Position numbers and translations under genes: made by a program
Assembly (NCBI GenBank): GCA_048128005.1
Contig: JBEUKZ010000001.1
Coordinates: 124,001 to 147,602, forward strand
Length of the DNA stretch: 23,602 nucleotides
Direction of reading: 5' to 3'
Source of the DNA: Veleropilina oligotropha
Lineage: Eukaryota
Part shown: positions 9,715-21,431 of the stretch, piece by piece
Layout: the number at the start of each line of letters is the position of its first letter
Position numbering within the stretch: the first letter of the stretch is position 1
Notes under the pieces: generated by a model
The model's database searches: none
The model's input: the letters and a program-made list of their open reading frames with translations, nothing else
Told to the model about the DNA's origin: nothing

Positions 9715-9917
9715 AGGTCGTTACACACCGCAGCCGACCGACCGTTTTTATCATAACGGACCGTTTTCAACGCCGACCGTTTATTTTAGAACTCACACTT
9801 CTGAGTATAACTGTGCATACAGCGTGCGTGCGATTGAACCGGAACGGCGAAAATATAAAATATAAAATAAAACGGTCGCAATAAAAACGGTCGGTCGGCG
9901 GCGGTGTGTAACGACCT
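9715..9917. mobile_element. Second, short PIF/Harbinger-type MITE (copy C, 203 bp)
   Basis: 37-bp TIRs AGGTCGTTACACACCGC(A/C)GCCGACCGACCGTTTTTAT with 1 mismatch, and repeated GACCGTTT motifs. TTA TSD at 9712-9714 and 9918-9920. The interior is unrelated to A/B/D/E. Confidence 0.92.
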
Positions 9918-9920
9918 TTA

Positions 9921-10568
9921 AGGTCTTTGCACACCAGATGCGTCCGATTTTTCGCAACGAAAATCGCAACGATAATCGTTACGACAAATCGTTATGAGCT
10001 TTCACACCACATGCCAATTTCGTAACGACTACCGCTACCATTCTTGATACACGTTTGATTTTATATGGTTATCATTTTATTTCATCTTTATTTTGTGTGT
10101 CAGTGTCAAATTTCAGTGGCTGTAGAGACTGGACATGCATCCTAAATTCCGCATTTTATTCAGATTGCGTACCTCCTAAGCATAAGATATTTCAATATCT
10201 TTATATCCTGAATGGATTTATTAGAGGATATCATGCAGCTGTACTTGTACGATGATATCCTCTTTGGTTGTCTTCTGCATGTTGCCATTTTGTCAATCCC
10301 ACGCGTTGATATGTTGGGAATTACTGGTCATGTGACAAGGAATACCCTGTTATTTCTATATTTAGCATGCGAAATCGCAACGAAATTCGTTGAGATAGGA
10401 TCAGATCATATCTCTTCGATTTTCGTTGCGATTCTGTAAATATCGTTGCGACAATCGGATCGTGTCTGATAGGCTCCGTGACAATGCGTTGTTTCTAACA
10501 TAACGAAGATCGTTACGAAATTCGCAACGATTTTCGCTGCGAAAATCGCATCTGGTGTGAAGAGGCCT
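9921..10568 (+). mobile_element. PIF/Harbinger-type MITE, copy D (both ends present, 648 bp)
   Basis: Runs AGGTCTTTGCACACCAGATGCG ... CGCATCTGGTGTGAAGAGGCCT. TTA at 9918-9920 and 10569-10571. Confidence 0.92.
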
Positions 10569-11730
10569 TTAGCCTTTGCGTGTCCATTAGGCTTAATTAT
10601 TTTAATAAACATCGGTAGAATGGGCCACTGGCAAAAATAACGTGGAAAGTATTTTGATCGTAATTGATAGTAAATTGGAACAAAATAAAATGGTATTCGT
10701 CTTTTACAGCTTCTAAAGCAGTGTACTAGGACATTTTTATATTGTATTTTAATAAGAACGTGTTTCGTCTACATTGGAATTAGAAATGAACATTATGAAC
10801 GTCAGTATACGATTATGTTATCACGATCTCATGAGCATAAAATTGCGCCATATCATTGACAAGGTAATTGATCCCGTGCGAATACGAAGAACTTCAAAAT
10901 GTTTCTAGAAGACCATTTGAATCGACTTGATGTGAACGTATAGTACAGCGTAAGCGTATTGTCTATCGGTAATCTATCATGCAGATTCCATTCATTTTAT
11001 TTATTGATTTTCGTAGGCTCTTGACAGATCAAAGAAGCAGTAAATAGCCTAATATATCACCTCGATGTGACCGAGTGGACTATTGAAATAGTATCTTGTT
11101 GATGAATACCACAAGATAGCGAAATAATAGTGATGTTTTATGCAGCAGGTCGATAAGCAACGCTTTTATGAATGCTTTGTTTATACACGTAGATGAGTTT
11201 TCCTTTCGAATAATTTCGACTGGTCACTTGCTTCAAAAGGCAATGAAATCTAAAAACGCTTATTTATTCTAAGGCAACAATCTGATTTAAACGGGAAGTA
11301 TAATCAAATGGCAAGATTATTTAATAGACCTCTGCTCGCTAATCAAGAAATAATTATTGTGTCGAGAAAAGAGTGTCCTATTCATGGCGATTTTCCCTCT
11401 ATTGTGTACGCCGAAACACTCCGTGTGTCATGGTTTATGTATTGTATACTGTGGTCATTTTTCCTCTTATGACGATATCTGAAAGGACTGGAGACCGTTA
11501 TCATATACATTTTGAATTCAAGCTCTATATGATAAATGTCTCAGATAGCAAATTATTTAAAAGACATAATAATTGTATCAGTATCGCAAATGTTTTATAT
11601 TTGATGGAAAAAATATATGGCATCATTATATGTGCATTATATGTGCAATATACATTATAATGTAGTCTGGTTCGCGTGAAATCCTACTATATTGGTAAGC
11701 ATCTGTTATGTTTACTTACGAGTGGATGAA

Positions 11731-12004
11731 AAAGAAAGGAAAGGATCGATCCTTAACGTCCTGTATATTTCCAACCATCATTTTGTTCAAAGCTGGACAT
11801 GTCCATATTATCGCGGGAGGAAAGCCCGGTCGCCAGGGGAAACCCCCCATCTCCGATCAGTTACGAACAACTGCACATGTGATTCATAACTTGAACAAAT
11901 GTGTGATGTCCCTGCCGAGGTTTGAGCCCAATACTGTTTGTGTCAGCGGAATCAAGCCGGAGATTTTTCGGAGTACACAATCGAAACCACACAGCTGTCG
12001 AAGC
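11731..12004 (-). mobile_element. tRNA-derived SINE, copy 2
   Basis: The reverse complement aligns with copy 1 from GCTTCGACAGC through GGTTGGAAATATAC. It has a (TTTCC)-like tail. Probable 9-bp TSD with 1 mismatch: GTGGATGAA 11722-11730 / GTGAATGAA 12005-12013. Confidence 0.85.
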
Positions 12005-12935
12005 GTGAATGAAGTCAATGAAGACAAACAATATTCTAAAGTTCTTGTGTGATGTATGATATTAAATTTATTCTTACATGCTTACCTTTTTTAAGGTAAG
12101 AAATGTTACAAAACAATTTTATCTATAAGATGCCTACCTATCCTTCTACACGTTAACTTTAAATCGCATTAACTACAATATATCACATTAATTTTGTAGA
12201 TGGAAATATAGTATCATTATTTATTGATGTGAAACTAAATTTCATTAAGTATTTGTTAATGTTATTTATCCAGAACCATACCTCTTTGGCTTTATTAGAA
12301 GACAAGTAACGATCGTTCTTTTAACCAACATAGGAACAAATAATTCTAAAATCGAAAGTAGAACTTTGACTTTAGTGAACATTTTCGAAACCATAATTAA
12401 CGCAAGATAACATTTAAAATATATGACGAAATTGGGATACTGTTTCAATCGGTGTCCAGTTTGGAACATTGGGACATAAACTTATCTGCGTTTACCACTA
12501 GTAGAGACATACTAAAATATAGTATTTGCGGATCTTAACGTATTTTATTCACTTATACCAAGTCGGTTGTTTTGGACCTTACTCATACAGTAAAATATTT
12601 GCATTATAAGACCCCAGATTTAACATTATGGAACACAACGAAATTATAGATTGAAGACTCTCGCCCCGTTTATCAGACCCTACTTTAAAATATCTTTATA
12701 TCCATTTAGAAAGGAAATAAATCGAAAATAATATTATCATTTGAATGCTTGACTTTCAAAATCAATCTGTATCACGATTGTAAGTGTCGCACAGTAGTCA
12801 CATTATACGCCGTCGTAGAGAAAAATTCACTCTCAGGAAAAAGGATGTTTTAAGTCATTGTTTCATACATCCTTTGCAAAACTTTCCAGTATATTGGATC
12901 AATGATCTCATATAGATGCATACCATTGGGTTGGT

Positions 12936-13625
12936 TATTTGAACAATAGGCCTCCTGTGTTAATTTCCACATTATTCCAATTAACAACCCAGACAATGGT
13001 TAACTCGGCTCGCCGACCAGACTAAATAGAGTAACAAATGATTTGACATCTTGCCAATGGAAGAGTCATTTCTCATATCACCCAAATGAGCACGTTATGT
13101 TGGGAAATTGAATGTTTTAAGTGATGACGTCTTGAAATTTACAATAGATGTCAACGGTGTGTATAACAGATATTACAGCCGCAAACCACTCGCCGATAGA
13201 AGCATAACAGCCCCTCTTTCGCTCGACCTGTTATGCGTATATACACAACATGGGGTCAGAGGTGTGAACAATAGGTCACCTAGTGTTAATTGACCAATTT
13301 TTTTACAGACAATTGTTAACTCGGCTAGCTGGCCAGACTAAATTGAGTGACAATAGATTTTACTATTTGTCAGTGGAATAGTACTCTCATATCATTCTTC
13401 AGAAGGCGATATGGTAGGCAATTGAATGTTTTAAGGGGTTACAACTTGCAATTTACAATATATTTCCACGGTGTGTATACCAGATAATGAAAGCTGTCAC
13501 CTCACGGCGTTATAAACATAACAGCCTCGTTCTGACTCGGCCTGTTATGTGTTTATAGCGCTCGGGCTGACAGTGTATTATCTATTACATATACGCGATG
13601 ACAAACAGATTATCATAATTAAATA
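12936..13625 (+). repeat. Two diverged head-to-tail ~320-bp units with subterminal hairpins (possibly non-autonomous Crypton-like)
   Basis: Shared blocks recur at an offset of ~315-325: TGAACAATAGG (12940/13265), CAGACAAT.GTTAACTCGGCT (12990/13306), CCAGACTAAAT, AATTGAATGTTTTAAG, ACGGTGTGTATA and CATAACAGCC...CCTGTTATG. An imperfect hairpin spans 13482-13583. The repeat itself is certain. The Crypton label is recalled resemblance only. Confidence 0.7.
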
Positions 13626-13924
13626 CAATAACTTCGCACATCCATGGGGCGAGGGTAATCGATACTCTTACCGCTGTAAGTAAAGTAGATCATATCCATT
13701 AGATTTACAACCACAAATATTCATGTCACACGCAATATTGTAGAACTTGACGGCGAAGGGAGGTGCAAGATATTGTCAGTGAATTGTTTGGTTTTTATTG
13801 TTCGCGAGCATATCCAAAATATATTGTTCCGATTAACTAGTATATATTACTCATGATGGTATGTGTCCGTACTCATCCAAGGTGATCAGGACCGGTATCC
13901 GGATACTAGTATTATGGAGCAATT

Positions 13925-14165
13925 TCAGTTTTAGGTCCTATTGTTAAAACTCGTCGTCTCTAAAATCACTGGCTTGACTGCTATGAGTAACAGGATCGTG
14001 ATCGAACCTTGGTTGGACAATGGAATTTTTGTTCAGTTACCAATCACAGTTGTCCAAAACCTTCCAGAGAGAGCGGTATTCGTCGGACGACTGGGCTTTC
14101 CACCCTCGAATATGGACATGTCCTGGTTTGACACTGAAAGCTGTAAGAATCCAGGATCTGAATAG
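13925..14165 (+). mobile_element. tRNA-derived SINE, divergent copy 3
   Basis: Shares TGGCTTGA, a B-box variant GTGATCGAACCT, TTTGTTCAG, AATCACAGTTGTCC, CGACTGGGCTTTCC and AATATGGACATGTCC with copies 1 and 2 in the same order. Boundaries are approximate and no TSD was found. Confidence 0.75.
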
Positions 14166-15192
14166 CGTTCCCATGGTGCATTTCGTGTTCCCATGATTAC
14201 TCTTTGAAGTATTTATTGAAATTGATATATTGCCCTTCACGTCGAGATTTAACAGATTTGACCTTTCTCATAAGGATTATAATGAATTATACCAGATTAG
14301 CGTCATAGTTGATAATATAGTTCTTGGAAATAATCGTGTCCGACTTTGGCGGAAGATGTTAGAAGAAAACTGGCGTCTTAAGCCCATTGACGTATTATAG
14401 CTACAGGATTATTGATTAAACCATCAAGGCGATTTCGACATCACCCAAACCTCAAATGTCCATCTTATAATTATCTATCTATTAATTTTCCTCGACTTCC
14501 TTGATGCAATACTTATTTCAAACCTCGACTTTAACCAATTTTGCTTATTTCTTTACCATCGTGTCATATTTACCAACACTTTACTATGTCATGTATACGT
14601 AAACGGCAACGGTGATGGTGGTTAAGTTGTTATATTAAATGCTTGTTAAATTCTAAAAATGCGTAATTTTCTATATATGGCGCGTAACGCAGTTGATTTA
14701 ATGTCTTTAAGTTGTCTTAATTTTATAAAATTAACCAGTTTCCGTTTTCAACTTAGGGTATTCAATTGATCCCAGTTATTTATTATCACATATAGTAACT
14801 TGCGATGAATTCAGAACTGTTTTTTAACTACGGAATTATCTTATTCAACAATTTATCAATTTTCTCGACAAACAATTAATTACTACTTTACGTTACGGCC
14901 TCGCGTAATACCAATCAGCCGGAAATAATTCATACAGAATTGGATTAGCAATTGTTAGTACTAACCCTGCATAGAAATTTCATAAATGACAACAAGTTTC
15001 ACGTGAACTTTGTTTTTATCCGCCATTTTCTTAAAATGTCGGAATAGTAGTAATAAATCATACAAAAATAAACATTTATCAAAATGTTATAGTACATATG
15101 CATTACTTGACAGAAATACGTTTATAAAATAGTGACTTTATTTCTTGAAATACCCCAAAATTTGCATTTACAATATGGGGTCAATATTACCT

Positions 15193-15873
<681 letters not shown>

Positions 15874-16638
15874 TGTGTGTGTGCTACATATGTATTAACT
15901 GGTACTGCAAGTGTGGTTATTTGAATAGATTATTTACCAAACTTGTATTTATAACAGTTGAGTAGATTAGATATGTGGAATAAGTTAGATAAATAAAGCG
16001 GACGGGTTATCTCCATAGAATTTTCTAAACATGCATTTTGGACTTTTCTATAGTTTTACGTTTCTTGTATATATATGAAAAGGCTTGCATTTGAGATATG
16101 TTTACTTTGATGTCTTTTATAAGTTCAAGCGCGCAATAATAATATTTCATATATCCTCTAATGCAGAATTAATTTGAAAATAAATTGAAATAGAAACTTT
16201 CAGAATTCTGGATTCAAATAATTAAGTAAAAATTGGCAATATTTTGTCGTAACTATAGTTAGAGGCAGTCGTTTTGTATTGTAATACTATATTGAGTTGC
16301 TCGGATGAGTTTGATGGATCAATAATCATGCTCGGTCATTTTACACTGCAACTGTTGTAAAAAACGGCATTGGTAAGTATCGAGAAAAGCGGAATTAATG
16401 ATTATCTTATTAGGCCAGGAGTCAAGTCGGCGTCAGGTCAATTGAGTTCGAAGAATGTATATCGCTGCTGATGCAAATGAGACAATAAATATATTGGATG
16501 CATTGGAAGCAAGGTACAGAAGACGTTGTTTCGCGGATCTAGTTTGTTATTTCAGGAATATAAGACCTTCGGAATATAGAGCTTTATGTCATTTTCAAAC
16601 AATCATAGAATGGATAATTTTCTTCCTCTCTTTCGTAA

Positions 16639-17365
16639 TACCCCCATCACACCGCAGTTACGTCAATGAAGATCTCGCTGCGCCCATGACAAAATATCAG
16701 AACGCAGTGGGAACTCCTAGAACCTACCGAGACCGCATGTGGGAACTTTTATTGACGTGACATGGTATCGATGGTCTCCGGAGACCGAATTTCTGCTACG
16801 TAGACTTTGGGCATGTTCAAAACCCACGCAGCACCAACGTGGTCTGAACATGACGCAGTAAGGACCTTCTTAGGACCTACTAACAGCGCCATTGGCGTAG
16901 GATAGACGTAGCGGACATGTCATATTGACGGTTAGAACGTAGCAAAAATTCTAACAACTCCGTTCAATGTCTACTGCGCGTTCACTACGCCTATTCAGTT
17001 GTCACTACGTCCTCTTTAAGACAGCGCTACGTCCATCCTACGCTACAGAAGACTTCATGAAGTGAATGATACGTTATTACTGCGCTGTACAAGTTCATGG
17101 CAAGTTCACGGCACGGCCAAGAAGTTTATATCACGCACACAGAGCGTCCACACACCGACAGATCTACTTTCTTATCACGTCCATGCAAAATAGTATAAAT
17201 ATAAGTTCCGTCTCCCCACTGGCATCAGTGGCGCGGATGTAGCATGAACTGGACAATTTTACTTTTCTTTGATTTTCTCGAAGGCTACGAAGCTGTCGCG
17301 GAGTCCTAGCAATATTTTAGAACTTCAAGAACACAGTGGGAACTTATTTCGGTGTGAAGAGGGTA
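16639..17365. mobile_element. PIF/Harbinger-like MITE (~727 bp)
   Basis: TIRs TACCCCCATCACACCG / CGGTGTGAAGAGGGTA (14/16), flanked by TAA (16636-16638) and TTA (17366-17368). Internal inverted repeat 16895-16913 / 17025-17043 (18/19). Many CGTAG/CTACG motifs, and higher GC than the flanks. Confidence 0.75.
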
Positions 17366-19569
17366 TTAATTACCATATCCGTTTGTCATGTTCATCTTTA
17401 AAAAATCCCGTTACTATCACGGAATATTGCAATTATTGTTCAGGGAGAGCACTTGATAAGAAATGACATTCAAGACAGAATATACGAATAAAATAACATT
17501 TTGGTTCTCGGCATTCCATTTATAGACTACTACAGTTGTTTGTAATTTATATATTGCTTCAGGAAAACTGGAAGTGTATTTATTATCACTAGCTTTCGCG
17601 GTGAAATATTTGCTTCATGTTGCTCGTCCAACTTTAATATTAAGGTAACATTAGGTTGCGTTAGCTACATTTGAACTCACCCTTGAACCCAGCATGGACA
17701 CTACCCCTGGTTCTGGATGAATAAAGCCCAAAATGTAAAATCTAAAGTTCTATATTATTTCCTTTCCACACACTCGTCAATTTGACACCAAAATGGCAGA
17801 GATCTGTCCCTCAGTGATGGAGAAAACACGGCTTAAAGAAGCACCAGCTGCATATTTATATATAAGATAATACAACTTTCAATACACTACACACGGATAA
17901 TATGCGTCATGTAAAGATGGACATATACATTATACAAATATATCAATTATATGCTAGAGGTATGATATAACAGAAGCGTCCTCTACTAGAAATATATATA
18001 TTCCAAAATTATATATTCCAAAAAATATATCACTCATCCCTTATATTGAAACTTGCCGCCATATATAAAATTCCCTCGGACGTGTATGGCAAAACAAATG
18101 TCAATCTTTATTTAAATGGACTATTGCCCTTAAATATGCTCATTTTTCTTTGAAAAGAAAACTAACAGCATTACACTTTTTGTTTATAACTTAAAAAGTT
18201 TGGAATTTTCAACACTTAACTTTCGTCAGTAATATGCTCTCGTTTAAAATCGCCGAACCTCTCGATGATCGAGGCCAATTGATGGTCTTGATATTCTGAA
18301 TACGAATTAACATTGCCTGCTCTCGAGCGTTTATTTCTATACCAAGACAATGTTAGATTCTTTTGAAGTCGGGTTTAGTGTGAAAAAGTTTGAAGGAATC
18401 AATACAGTTTTCTTTTAATGCGTATTGTATCATGCACTTTAATTATTTTCTCCAGATGAGTTAATGAACCTTGAATTCTGAAGACCGGTATTCAATTGAT
18501 AACAGTCACTATGGGTATTTCAATTAATTTCCATAAACATTCTGCATTAAGCATAATTATTATATTAAATATTATATTACACACGTGAACTTATCACACA
18601 AAAGTAACCAAATGAAGCGTCCATCACATACAAGTCTTTTCATATGCACATGAAAAGTTGGAGAAAGCCCATAATAAATGCATGCTCAGAAAAATTCAGG
18701 GGAAGTAATTTGTCCATTTTATTTATCTACCTTGTGACATAACTAACATACTGAGCTGCTTTATAGACAAGTTTCATAAATACCTATTCAAATATGCACA
18801 CTTGCAGCACCAGCTAATACATATGTAGCACACATATATATATTCAGGTAAATTTATCAGGTAATTGCCTACTGCACCTTTTAAATGCAATTTTTCACTT
18901 ATGCTATCAATATTTTAAAATGTATTGCTATCGAGCACCTTTTAAATGTACTATAAAATTTTACATACATGATTTTTATTATATGAATGAATGCATCTAC
19001 TAAATGTTATTGCACTCTCCCATTATCCATGCTTTCATACTATACCAATATATTCAAATATGATGCGAAAGGCTGTAAATGTCAGAACTGCCAATGTTGT
19101 ACAATTCTGCAGAACGTTTGCCGGACAATACGCAATTTGTCTAAATAGTACATGAGCTGAGACTCACAATTTCCCTTTTTGCTACCACTTGGAGTGGCAA
19201 ATTTTTATGATGTTTTTGTGATTGTATGACATTTGTGGATTACAAAAAAGTGTGATGGCCATGCCAGAGTGTGGCATCTTTGAACCAGAAAATGTTAATA
19301 ATCAATATATATCAGAGACACAAATTTGCAATATTTAATTCCATAAGCAGCATCAAATCCTAGCTATGATTCTTTGTAAATGTATATCTAAGGGTTGCAA
19401 AAATGCTTGTTGGGTATACCAAAAGATATCTCTTGAGCCAGATATGAATACATTCAAGAGAGCCTTCAAAAACCGTCAATACACCCTATATGAAAGACCG
19501 GAAATTCGATTTTTCAATAAATCGGGGATGTGAATCGTTGTTATAACACAGTTATAACACATGAGGGAT

Positions 19570-21190
19570 ATGACAAAGCCTTCGCGCCATGTCAAGCGAG
19601 CATTTTTCAGTCAGAACTGGGTATATATTAAAATGGCTTCTTAAAACATTAAAATTGTAGGAAATTCGATCAAATATACACACTGATCACTGTTCAATCA
19701 CTGACATGTTTTATTCTTCCTTTAGATAATAAAGGCAGAACATTATCCCTCAGAACCTGGGGCAATAGTGTACAATTATAAAGCTTATCGAAACACAAAG
19801 ATCAAAAATAGTTTATTTAAGGTCTTTGAATAAATAGGTATCTTCGAATACGAGGACCAAAGAATGGGACTCTGTTACAACATGCCGTGCGTGCAAAAAC
19901 ATGCGAGTATCTGCCTCTTCCTGCGTTGACACCAGTACCGCGACTACGTGGGAAGAAACACTTGTTATTCTAAAGCACGTCGTCTCAGACGTGACATACA
20001 TTATTCGTTTTCAATGTTTGTTCTTAACTTTGGAGTCTGTCAGTCCTGTGCCAGGAATTTGATTAAGTTTGTTTTGCTATTTAAAGAGGACAGGCGTCTT
20101 CTCCACTGCCTTATCCTGTGACCGAAGAGTAAACCCGTTTCCGACCCGCGATTTACCCTCTCCGGTCTGTTGACGAAATGTTTATCGTTTACATCAAATT
20201 CCACATCAATGCGATGACATACTGATCCTATGAGCAATGCAGCCCGAAAGATCGCTGAAGAAAGCTGTCCAAAAATCATGTTATCTGTATTTACTTTATG
20301 TACCAAACTCATTCCCTCTATGATGCAAGCCGATGGTTGTATAATGTATTCCGCTGAGTGCTACTTATTTTTTCAGGTGCCGTGTCAAGGCTACTTTGTG
20401 AGTTTATTCAGTTGCCCGTCTCAGTTATACAATGACTAAGGCAACGGTCCAAGAGGATGCATTAATACCTTGCTCATCGTCAAGTTTATGCTGCTTGCGA
20501 TTAGATTAGCATCATATGGCCAAATAACTTGTGATCCGCTTTCAGGATTGTCTGTTTGTTGGATGTGCTGTTTGCCTTCTGTTTCTTGATATCCGTGAAT
20601 GTCTTGAGTTTATGTTTCTCGCGTCTGTCGTGGAATTTCACTGTCTGCTTTATAAGCCACTCTTCTTGGAATTGTTGGCAGGCTGCCTCGACGACTTCAT
20701 TTGTCCTTAGCGACATCGGCAAGAGCCACTGTTGGCGTTGAAATGCACATCAAATCACACTGGCTAATATCAAAATGAATTGTCCATTCGCATTTCATTA
20801 GATAGACGAATGACTGGACATATGTTTCATCTTTATACGAGGTGCTTCAAGATCCGGATGATCGTTTAGACCAGGGGACTGCAGCTCAGCTGAGTCATCT
20901 TTCTAATCTGTTTAACACATGTACTTCTGAACTTCGCAGTGATCTAATATCTACTGACGAATCCTACTTTGACATTGAACCCTTTGATTCCACCAGCTGT
21001 TTTCGTGTCTTTGTTTATTGTCTCTTCAATAGTTTGATCAACTGGGTTCCGACCGAAACTGTTCTTGTCTCCAAGCTGCATCGAGAATCCTCCGGCTAGA
21101 AGATGTGAATGGACATTCATACGATCCTGTGGAAGTCTCGTCATTTCTGTGTAGTAAGATGTATCAGCAAATATCCAAGCATATTTGTTG
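19570..21190 (-). pseudogene. Decayed Academ transposase C-terminal half plus XPG/FEN1-like (PIN-fold) nuclease
   Basis: Motifs in order: GGFSMQ..SFGRNPVDQTIEETINKDTKTAGGIKGF, KFHD..KLKTF, LKADHKLFGHM, HPLGPLP*SL, ACIIEGMSLV, RIDVEFD, ERVNRG, KTNLIKFL, STQEEADTRMFLHA, EDT, and a degenerate TGCD-like segment near 19580-19625. They are spread over ORFs 20944-21204, 20501-20722, 20040-20312 and 19813-20001. Confidence 0.85.
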
Positions 21191-21191
21191 C

Positions 21192-21431
21192 AAAAGTAGA
21201 TCAATCCAAGATGGCGGATATAATTTAAAACTTAATTTTCGATGATTTGAGGCTTTAAAGTTATAAATATAATCGATTTGGAATCTACTTTTGTAAAATG
21301 TGCATATTCACTTGACAGAATATGCACATTTTACAAAAGTAGAATCCAAATCGATTATATTTAAAAATTTAATCCCTCAATTCATCAAAAACTAAGCTTT
21401 GAGATCCGCCATCATGGATTGACCTACTTTT
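21192..21431. repeat. 240-bp inverted repeat (foldback) inside the Academ element
   Basis: Arms 21192-21309 and 21318-21431 surround the 8-nt loop ACTTGACA. The inner ~45 bp pair with 1 mismatch. The outer parts are more diverged. Confidence 0.95.

Noticed and set aside
7905..10568. CRISPR-like array suggested by repeated palindromic CGAAAATCG/CGATTTTCG motifs
   Set aside because: There is no regular repeat-spacer period, no unique spacers and no cas genes. The context is eukaryotic, and TIR/TSD-bounded MITEs explain the block fully.
8027..10612. Recurring ORFs such as MILYGYHF… and …IATKIVEIGSDPISTIFVAIL as a tandem gene family
   Set aside because: They lie within MITE copies, the frames differ between copies, and the conserved part is the DNA palindrome.
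16260..16760. Possible host exons (GGTAAGT donor near 16373, TTTCAG acceptor near 16555, ORF 16455-16760)
   Set aside because: There is no recognisable protein, the ORF runs into a MITE, and isolated splice-like motifs are expected by chance.
17640..18260. Fragments resembling transposon subterminal or Helentron motifs (AATTTGACACCAAAATGGC, TATTGCCCTT, ATAACTTAAAAAGT)
   Set aside because: Too short, with no termini, TSD or second copy in the window to support a call.
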